From Octopus bimaculoides (Eukaryota), in assembly GCF_001194135.2 (NCBI RefSeq), contig NC_069001.1, positions 9,461,187 to 9,505,484 on the forward strand: DNA of 44,298 bases. The letters are read 5' to 3'. The notes under the pieces are model-generated. The model had not been told where the DNA came from. It did no database searches and worked only from the letters and a program-made list of their open reading frames with translations. Within the stretch, counting starts at the first letter, position 1; each line of letters opens with the position of its first letter. A program made the translations under genes and the position numbers. Positions 35,694-44,298 of the stretch are shown one piece after another.

Positions 35694-36389
35694 ACATTAT
35701 ATATATATATATACATGTAACCAAATACGTATGTAATTATATAAATAATTAGGTATATAAACCCATAAAATATATTTCTGTTTGTGAACCTAAGCTAAAG
35801 ACACTATTATTCACTTGATAACCAACCAACCAGCCAGCCAACTAACCAACGCGATGTTAGTACCTTCGTTAGTTGTTTCCTGCGTTGTTTTCTTATTCTT
35901 TTGTTTTCATTTTTCTTTTAAAGTGGGCTCAGTCAGTGGACTTTGGCAATGTTGGGTTATCCCCTGTAAGTCCTTTATTCGATCATATTGTTGCGACGAA
36001 TTAGTTCAGCCCTGTTATTATTTTATCAACACCATTTATCGACCACTAAGTTTCCTTTTGAAATAAAAGGCTGTCAGTGGATGTATTGTCACACTGGGTC
36101 ACACAAGTAGAATCGTATCCATTCCCAACACAGAGGCATATGTCGTCAAGATTTTTAAACGTCTATTGAGCCCAAGCGGTCTTTAATCCTTTTAACCCCC
36201 TCAGTACACATATGTTTCGTTGAGAACTTACTTAATAATATTCATTACCGAAACTCGTTTGTTGTCGGCCACTGGAGAGAAGTAGAAGCTAAATCCCTCC
36301 CAAATATTTATCCGCTATCATCCTAAATAAAACAATACTGAATAATACAAGCCTCGTTGTAGAAAACAGACGAGATAGTTACAAATAGA

Positions 36390-36612
36390 ACGCATAGGTG
36401 TGACAGACAATACAATAAGTATTTCTATGTCCGTTGCTTTGATTAATTTTGTGGTCAAATACCTTCTGTCAAAATCTTTAAACGTGTTATCTGCTTCTCT
36501 TCCTCTGCTCACCGTTTCCCTGTTGAGCTTCCTGTTTAATCATAAGTCCTTTTATTCTAATAGTTTCTTTCCTCGATCTGCTGCTTTCTGGAAATCACTA
36601 TCATCGCACTGT
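36390..36612 (+). pseudogene. Decayed CR1/Jockey-group LINE ORF2 C-terminus
   Basis: Reads YNKYFYVRCFD then, after a frameshift, PLLTVSL..FYSNSFFPRSAAFWKSLSSHCF. This resembles the FYKY..GRCS..HPxTV..SFFPRT..LWNSLP motif. Confidence 0.6.
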
Positions 36613-37014
36613 TTTTTTTTTGTTTTTTTTTTGTTTTTTTTTTGTTTTTTTTTTGATTTATGATATTCAGTATTTTCAGCTTCTTGTCAATTTTGAATTT
36701 GTCAGAATGTAAAAGTAGGTAACTTAATAACAGCAAAGGATTTGGTCCGATACGCTAACGTTTGAAATTGGGCAACAAATGACGAGTATTTAGAACTCTG
36801 TGTTCTAAATACTCGTTGGTGATACTGCAATCATGTGTATTGCTATATAACAAGAGTGCAAGCAGAAAATGAAACGAACGTGAAAGATGCTTTATAAAAT
36901 GCTAAGCTACACCATTTTATGTACGCTTCATTCACAAGAAATAATTACTAATTACAAAATGAAAATTACATGATCAATACGTATTTTCAGATCTACAAAG
37001 ACATGCAAGTTTTA

Positions 37015-37976
37015 GGCACTATCATGCTATTAGCTGTCAGAAGTGAAAGTGCTCACTGCTAGTGAAGTATCTGTCTGTCTGTCTGCCTGCATGCCTGTTG
37101 CTGGCCTGTCGATTCTTTGGCTACTGACATCTAATACCATGACTGGCCGGAGCGAGCTATATGTCTGTCTGTCTGTCTCTCTCTCTATCTATCTATTACT
37201 CGAAAGTTATTGGAACAAATTTGACACCTATACCCATGCGTTTGAAAACACAGAGTATAAGGGTACTCGCGTCCGCGCTAGCTAGTCGTGAGTGGTCGAT
37301 CCTATTATTTTTAAACTTCAAACTTCATTTGTTTTCTATTTTGATAAATTCTCTCTGTTGAAAATTATATTTTTATANNNNNNNNNNNNNNNNNNNNNNN
37401 NNNNNNNNNNNNNNNNNNNNNNNNNNNNNNNNNNNNNNNNNNNNNNNNNNNNNNNNNNNNNNNNNNNNNNNNNNNNNNNNNNNNNNNNNNNNNNNNNNNN
37501 NNNNNNNNNNNNNNNNNNNNNNNNNNNNNNNNNNNNNNNNNNNNNNNNNNNNNNNNNNNNNNNNNNNNNNNNNNNNNNNNNNNNNNNNNNNNNNNNNNNN
37601 NNNNNNNNNNNNNNNNNNNNNNNNNNNNNNNNNNNNNNNNNNNNNNNNNNNNNNNNNNNNNNNNNNNNNNNNNNNNNNNNNNNNNNNNNNNNNNNNNNNN
37701 NNNNNNNNNNNNNNNNNNNNNNNNNNNNNNNNNNNNNNNNNNNNNNNNNNNNNNNNNNNNNNNNNNNNNNNNNNNNNNNNNNNNNNNNNNNNNNNNNNNN
37801 NNNNNNNNNNNNNNNNNNNNNNNNNNNNNNNNNNNNNNNNNNNNNNNNNNNNNNNNNNNNNNNNNNNNNNNNNNNNNNNNNNNNNNNNNNNNNNNNNNNN
37901 NNNNNNNNNNNNNNNNNNNNNNNNNNNNNNNNNNNNNNNNNNNNNNNNNNNNNNNAGCTAATAGCATGATAGTGCC
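37015..37976. mobile_element. Non-autonomous DNA transposon with at least 21-bp perfect TIRs and an 8-bp TSD, Merlin-like; spans an N-gap
   Basis: Left TIR ggcactatcatgctattagct (37015-37035) and its exact reverse complement at 37956-37976. Identical aagtttta at 37007-37014 and 37977-37984. Confidence 0.8.
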
Positions 37977-37991
37977 AAGTTTTATACTTAA

Positions 37992-38281
37992 CCCATTACC
38001 TACCAGTGATCTCATATGAGATCACTTAAAAATTACAAATTTCGTAATTATCTGTCAATATTTACACATATCTAACCTTTTTGCTATATCTACTAGGTAT
38101 ATTTCTCTGATATTCAAATGAGGTTTGCAAATTTTTCACCCAATATCTCGCTTATTTCTATTTAAAATGTTATTTTGAAATGTTATTTTGATCATTCCAG
38201 CATGTTTCTAAGTCTGTTTTATGCTAGAAATCAAAGTTTCATAAAAAAATTCCAGTTAATAGAATTATGGGAGGTAATGGG
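37992..38281. mobile_element. piggyBac-type MITE, 290 bp
   Basis: TTAA|cccattacctacca ... tgggaggtaatggg|TTAA, TIR match 13/14. An internal 20-bp palindrome gtgatctcatatgagatcac lies at 38006-38025. Confidence 0.88.
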
Positions 38282-38550
38282 TTAAAGTTACTGGATTCTA
38301 GAATCATTCATAGAACTAAACACCGTGAAGGTAGGGATCAACTGTACTGAATTACCTCAAGGAAGATTTGACAACATAATGTAATATAATTTCCATTGAA
38401 AATGTAATTTCCATTACGTAACAAGTAACCACTTATAAATGAAATGTAATTTGGTGTCAGTGAATAATCGTTCTGTCATGCCTCATGTTATATATATATA
38501 TATATAGATATATATAGATATATATATATAATGTATATATATATTAAAGT

Positions 38551-38905
38551 GGAGGCGCAATGGCCCAGTGGTTAGGGCAGCGGACTCGCGGTTCATAGGA
38601 TCGCGGTTTCGATTCCCAGACCGGGCGTTGTGAGTGTTTATTGAGCGAAAACACCTAAAGCTCCACGAGGCTGTATTCTTTCACCACAACTTTCTCTCAC
38701 TCTTACTTCCTGTTTCTGTTGTGCCTGTAATTCAAAGGGTCAGCCTTGTCACACTGTGTCACGTTGAATATCCCCGAGAACTACGTTAAAGGTACACGTG
38801 TCTGTGGAGTGCTCAGCCACTTGCACGTTAATTTCACGAGCAGGCCGTTCCGTTGGTCGGATCAACTGGAACCCTCGACGTCGTAAGCGACGGAGTGCCA
38901 ACAAC
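38551..38905 (+). mobile_element. SINE family E, full length, tRNA-derived head with Pol III boxes
   Basis: A-box TGGCCCAGTGG (38561-38571) and B-box-like gtttcgattccc (38606-38617). The body matches 28902-29216 except for a 28-bp deletion. Confidence 0.92.
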
Positions 38906-39444
38906 ATATATATTAAAACCGATATACTCCATTGTTTTCACTATGAATTTCTACGATCATACAATTGGCATTCTCTGCTTCTCTATCATTTTACTTTTTA
39001 ATTTTCTTTCTCCTGCCGCTATATATATGTGTTTGTTTGCATGCGTTTGTGCATGTGTGTTACACTTAATCTCAAGTTCATATATATACATACATATGTC
39101 GAGCTGTTAAGTGACGGGCATACAAACACACCACATGAGTATAAATTTTCTATCATATATGAATACGTGGGCGCGCACGCTAAAAGACACACACACACAC
39201 TCACATACTTAATATATACACGCACACAGAAAGCGTATACACACCCAGCAATTTGAATTATGAGATAATTAACACGATAAGTTTTAAATATGCCGAATCT
39301 GTTTAATTATGGGAGTAGAATGTGTATAAAAGGAGTTAGTAAGTTACGCAAACACGTAACTACATAGAGCTAACCGTGCAACTCTAGATAAATATGTACA
39401 CACACAGACACACAGACACACATTGATAGAGAGAGTTTGTGTGA

Positions 39445-39487
<43 letters not shown>

Positions 39488-39618
39488 GACATAAACGCAC
39501 ATACAGGCACACACCCACAAACACACACACACCAGATGTATATGTGTGTGTGTGTATGTATGTATATATATATATATATATATCTTGCAAACACACACAC
39601 ACACACACATATATATAG

Positions 39619-39791
39619 TGGCACTCCGTTGGTTACGACGACGAGGGTTCCAGTTGATTAGATCAACGTAACAGCTAGCTCGTGAAATTAACGTGTAAGT
39701 GACTGAACACTCCACAGACACGTGTACCCTTAACGTAGTTCTTGGGAAGATTCAGCGTGACACACAGTGTGACAAGGCTGGCCCTTTGAAA
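39619..39791 (-). mobile_element. SINE family E 3' half
   Basis: Reverse complement of 38731-38900, with about 20 differences in 170 nt. Confidence 0.9.
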
Positions 39792-39826
39792 CACTCTTGC
39801 TGGCCCTTTGAACACTCGAATGATGC

Positions 39827-39950
39827 TTATTTTATCGACCCTGAAAGGGATGAAACGCAAAATCGACCAAGGCGGAATTTGAACGCAGAACGTTTGAAAT
39901 GCCGCTAAATATTTTGCCTAGCGTGCTAACGACTCTACCAGCTAACCGTC
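39827..39950 (-). mobile_element. SINE family A 5' half
   Basis: ttatcgaccctgaaagggatgaaa..ggcggaatttgaac..gcgtgctaacgactctaccagct. Confidence 0.85.
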
Positions 39951-40089
39951 TTGCGGGTCGATAAATATTTAGCCAGTGCGTAACAGTGGTTTGGCCGAAT
40001 CATTAGAAAGCCAGTTGCGATATCTTGCGGTATGAATTGTGGCTGTTTAGTTGCTAAGTTCAAGTTCTGTCTCTTACATCGAGCTCTTC

Positions 40090-40151
<62 letters not shown>

Positions 40152-41165
40152 NNNNNNNNNNNNNNNNNNNNNNNNNNNNNNNNNNNNNNNNNNNNNNNNN
40201 NNNNNNNNNNNNNNNNNNNNNNNNNNNNNNNNNNNNNNNNNNNNNNNNNNNNNNNNNNNNNNNNNNNNNNNNNNNNNNNNNNNNNNNNNNNNNNNNNNNN
40301 NNNNNNNNNNNNNNNNNNNNNNNNNNNNNNNNNNNNNNNNNNNNNNNNNNNNNNNNNNNNNNNNNNNNNNNNNNNNNNNNNNNNNNNNNNNNNNNNNNNN
40401 NNNNNNNNNNNNNNNNNNNNNNNNNNNNNNNNNNNNNNNNNNNNNNNNNNNNNNNNNNNNNNNNNNNNNNNNNNNNNNNNNNNNNNNNNNNNNNNNNNNN
40501 NNNNNNNNNNNNNNNNNNNNNNNNNNNNNNNNNNNNNNNNNNNNNNNNNNNNNNNNNNNNNNNNNNNNNNNNNNNNNNNNNNNNNNNNNNNNNNNNNNNN
40601 NNNNNNNNNNNNNNNNNNNNNNNNNNNNNNNNNNNNNNNNNNNNNNNNNNNNNNNNNNNNNNNNNNNNNNNNNNNNNNNNNNNNNNNNNNNNNNNNNNNN
40701 NNNNNNNNNNNNNNNNNNNNNNNNNNNNNNNNNNNNNNNNNNNNNNNNNNNNNNNNNNNNNNNNNNNNNNNNNNNNNNNNNNNNNNNNNNNNNNNNNNNN
40801 NNNNNNNNNNNNNNNNNNNNNNNNNNNNNNNNNNNNNNNNNNNNNNNNNNNNNNNNNNNNNNNNNNNNNNNNNNNNNNNNNNNNNNNNNNNNNNNNNNNN
40901 NNNNNNNNNNNNNNNCACACAGCCGCACAGAGGCACAATACACACACGCATACAACGGCACAGAGGCACAATACGCACACACACAGTGGCTCAAAGGAAC
41001 AAAACAGACACACACACACACATACACACACATATACTTAGATTCGTTCATACATGCATACACACATGCATACATATATGCACATATTAGAATGTATATA
41101 TGTACATACGTATGTATACACATATATGCATGTACATACATATATGTATCTATCTATATATATAC

Positions 41166-41249
<84 letters not shown>

Positions 41250-41400
41250 NNNNNNNNNNNNNNNNNNNNNNNNNNNNNNNNNNNNNNNNNNNNNNNNNNN
41301 NNNNNNNNNNNNNNNNNNNNNNNNNNNNNNNNNNNNNNNNNNNNNNNNNNNNNNNNNNNNNNNNNNNNNNNNNNNNNNNNNNNNNNNNNNNNNNNNNNNN

Positions 41401-41438
<38 letters not shown>

Positions 41439-41683
41439 ACCTATTCTGCCTCTATCCTTCATCAAACTCTTTTAGACGTCCTCTCTTTGTCTCTCTGTAT
41501 CTCTCTCTCCTTGTCGTCTGCTTTCACACACTTTCACTCTCTCTTTTTCTCACACACACACCATTCACACATGCACTACTGCACTGAATGCCTTTTGTAG
41601 CTGTGATTGATGCTGTTTAAGGTTGCTGTTGTTGATAGGTTTAACAAGGCATAATTAGTCATAATTTGGATGTATATGCACAA

Positions 41684-41718
<35 letters not shown>

Positions 41719-41814
41719 TCTTTATTTAGTGCCTAGTTTTTCAGAATTGGTATTGTTTTGTTTCCTAAGCCGGTTGTATATCGGTGTTGGCACGAGTGTT
41801 TGGTTTACGAAGTC

Positions 41815-42063
41815 CCCTTCACAACGGAGTACCTTCTACTCTAAGCCCGGGGCCGACCAATGGCTTGTGATCGGACTTGATTGACGGAAAGTGTTTGGAA
41901 GCCCATTGTGGCTATGTGGTAAGACGTTTGCTTCCTAGCCATATGGTTCCGGGTTCAATTCCACTGCGTGGCAACTTGAGAAAATGTCTCATACAATAGT
42001 TTCGGACCGACCAAACTATTATGAATGGATTTGGTAGACGGAAACTGAAAAAAAACCTGTCGT
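41815..42063 (+). mobile_element. SINE family B: degenerate 3' piece (41815-41905) followed by a full copy (41908-42063)
   Basis: Both contain gccgaccaa/accgaccaa and gacggaaa. The second has an intact head gtggctatgtggtaag..ggttccgggttcaattcc. Confidence 0.85.
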
Positions 42064-42080
42064 GTAGATATATATATATA

Positions 42081-42222
42081 ACGAATCATTGGCGCAAAGC
42101 AGTGTTTAGGTATGAGCACAATTCAGGTTACCATAAATATGTTAGTCACATATTTCAACTGCTAATGGCAAACATATTTCGTTGTAATCATACTTAAACA
42201 CTGCCTTGCGCTAATGCTTCGT
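42081..42222. mobile_element. TA-flanked 142-bp MITE (Tc1/mariner type)
   Basis: TA|acgaatcattggcgcaaagcagtgtttaggtatga ... tcatacttaaacactgccttgcgctaatgcttcgt|TA: 35-bp TIRs with 4 mismatches. Confidence 0.75.
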
Positions 42223-42615
42223 TATTTATCTCGATCGGATGATCTACTACCGCAAATCAGTCAACGTGTTGACTGAATTATATATAAATCTATAAGCTTT
42301 ATTAAGTTAGTTCAGAGTTGCCTCTCTTAAGTACATCTCATTGACAAGAGTCAAAAAAACTCGAAACATCGATGTCTGAGATGGGGACACTGAACGAAGT
42401 GGTGTTTCCACACCTTTTTACCATAAGAGGGATTTTTTCTACACGGTAACCTCAGTGTATTTGCCTTTAGAAGTTGAAATATATCACAAACTTTCAGCGC
42501 TACCGAGATCATATATACCTATTTTGTATCTTCCCTTCGGAAGCTCTACTCGCAAAGGTATCCGAAATGGAGAAAGAAAAGTTACTTACACACACACCCA
42601 CCCACACACACACAC

Positions 42616-42780
42616 ACGACGGGCTTCTTTCGATCTCCGTCAGCCAAATCCACTCACAAAGATCTGGTGGGCACGAGGCTGTAGCAGAAGACACATGCTC
42701 AGTGTGTCACACAGTGGGACCGAACCCAGAACCATGTAGTTGGGGAGCAAACTGCTTACCACATAGCCACGCCTGCACCT
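42616..42780 (-). mobile_element. SINE family B, full length
   Basis: Matches 9937-10098 along its length. Confidence 0.9.
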
Positions 42781-43284
42781 GTAAATGCTTTTTTAGTAAG
42801 AACAGAAACCTTGTTTTGGCGGCGGATTATGTAGGTGATTGATATGTAGTTCGTTGTGCAGCTGCATCGCAAAAATATATGAGAAAGAGTTGAGATTGAT
42901 GTTATCTCATTGTGAAGTCTATGATTCGAAAAGGTGTCGGAATGTAGCGTTGGTGGAGAGTGCAAAAAGATCGTGAGAGAATGGATGCTTGCTGTGCTCC
43001 ATCATTTAAAATTTTACAAATCTTGAAATGTTGTTTAGTGATGTGATAAGTAGGCCGTTAGTTAGATTTATTTTTTGCATCGTTTCTAAAGGTGTTTACT
43101 ATTTGGTGTATAAACTGATAGCGAGATATGGAGTACAAAAGCTATGATGTATTCGATGGTAGTTGCAATATTGCGTTTCAATGGATTATGTTGTGGAAAT
43201 CTTAAGCCCTAGTTTCACTTGAAATGGAAATTAAGAGTGGAGAGGGAAGTGTTGTCCTCGAGTTAGTTTATTGAAAGGTGGGTA

Positions 43285-43460
43285 AATGGCGTTTTTCCTC
43301 TGCGCTTGACGTTCTGATTTTAAATTCACCAAGATCGACTTTGCCTTTCATCTTTTCGGAGTCGTTAAATAAAATACCAGCTGAGCACTGGGATCAATGT
43401 AATCGCCTTACCCGTCCTCTACGATTGCTTCGTCTTTGTGCCAAAGTTTAAAACCATTAC
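43285..43460 (+). mobile_element. Degenerate SINE family A copy
   Basis: tcgactttgcctttcatcttttcggagtcgttaaataaaataccagctgagcactggg. Confidence 0.75.
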
Positions 43461-43739
43461 TATACTCCATAGTTTCCAGCCACTAGGAACTCCTACCAAC
43501 TGTGTTGGTACGAGTCGTTACGGATGTTGACGTATTAACAGTAAAATGGGCGCTGTCATACTTGATGTTGAGAGCAAAAGTATTTTAATTAATTAACGTT
43601 TTAATTAATTCTTGGCTTAACTACTTCAAGTATGTTAACAGCAAGATTTTTTAATATTAATATTTCGACTAGCAGCAGCGTTGCCGGGTATGCTTTCTGC
43701 TAGTAATTCTTCGATGTTAATGGTTTGAAGATCTTAACG

Positions 43740-44223
43740 ATAATGATGCTGGTGGTGGTGATGATGATTAATAAAATCGACGAATGAGACGAAGGTTTTA
43801 ATAAGGACAAGGTTTGCGTTCATAGCACTGGTGGTGTTGATGACGATGTAAATGGCGATGAGGATGGTGGGGGATAATGGCGATGGTGAAGGTGAGGATG
43901 ATGATGATCATGGTGGTTGTTAGGAGCATGGTAGAACTGAAGATGATGATGATGATGATGTGGAGGATGATGATGATGATGATTGTGAGGATGGTGAAGG
44001 TCGTGTTGGTGATGATGGTGGATGAAGATGACAGTGATGATGACGATATAATTGTTGCTATTGATGATGATGTGGAGGTTGGCGGCTTGGTGGTCATAGT
44101 GGTAATGACGATGATGATGATGGTTATAATGATGATAAGGACGACGCTGATTAAGATGATGAGCATTTTGGTTATGATGAGATATATCATTTGAATACCT
44201 CTCACTGATCATCGCATTCTCAC

Positions 44224-44262
<39 letters not shown>

Positions 44263-44298
44263 CACACAAACGCACACACACACACACACACACACACA
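43740..44298. repeat. Degenerate (GAT/GGT)n tract followed by (CA)n
   Basis: Directly visible. It explains the Met/Asp-, His- and Ile-rich ORFs at 43798-44293. Confidence 0.92.

Noticed and set aside
38551-38627. tRNA gene
   Set aside because: It has A and B boxes, but the acceptor stem does not close, and the sequence continues into a body shared with other dispersed copies. It is a SINE head.
3060-41600. Long ORFs in the ORF track (up to 474 aa)
   Set aside because: They are open only because they cross N-runs or (AT)n/(CA)n/(GT)n repeats (YIYI, THTH, CVCV translations).
43798-44293. His-rich, Met/Asp-rich and Ile/Thr-rich ORFs
   Set aside because: Three frames of one degenerate (GAT)n tract, with no splice or start evidence.
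1-44298. CRISPR-like or regularly spaced repeat array
   Set aside because: The recurring 30-60-bp motifs are internal parts of dispersed SINEs at irregular spacing and in both orientations. There are no cas-like ORFs.

Overview
Eukaryotic, AT-rich, microsatellite-saturated draft-assembly DNA with 16 N-gaps (about 6.4 kb, about 14%), most flanked by (AT)n. The SINE families and overall texture resemble an octopus (coleoid cephalopod) genome; this is recognition from memory, not a database result. I find no intact protein-coding gene, rRNA, true tRNA or CRISPR array, and almost all listed ORFs are translations of microsatellites or N-runs. The window is best read as a large intron or intergenic region. 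It contains about 30 tRNA-derived SINE copies of at least five families, which I label A-E for this window only. It also holds decayed LINE ORF2 pieces (two L1/Tx1-like RT fragments, one RTE-like, one CR1-like), a mariner transposase 3' end, and two Tigger-like ends. Several non-autonomous DNA elements have readable TIR/TSD: a piggyBac-type MITE, a TA-flanked MITE, and a Merlin-like element with an 8-bp TSD. The most unusual structure is a 3-kb cluster (20.2-23.0 kb) of three long, about 94-95% identical inverted repeats plus local direct duplications around a G17 tract. It is a candidate template-switch hotspot and/or long-dsRNA (ADAR/endo-siRNA) locus. One candidate first coding exon (10693-10756) is noted. 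I cannot demonstrate a new biological system from sequence alone; the findings are ranked hypotheses.
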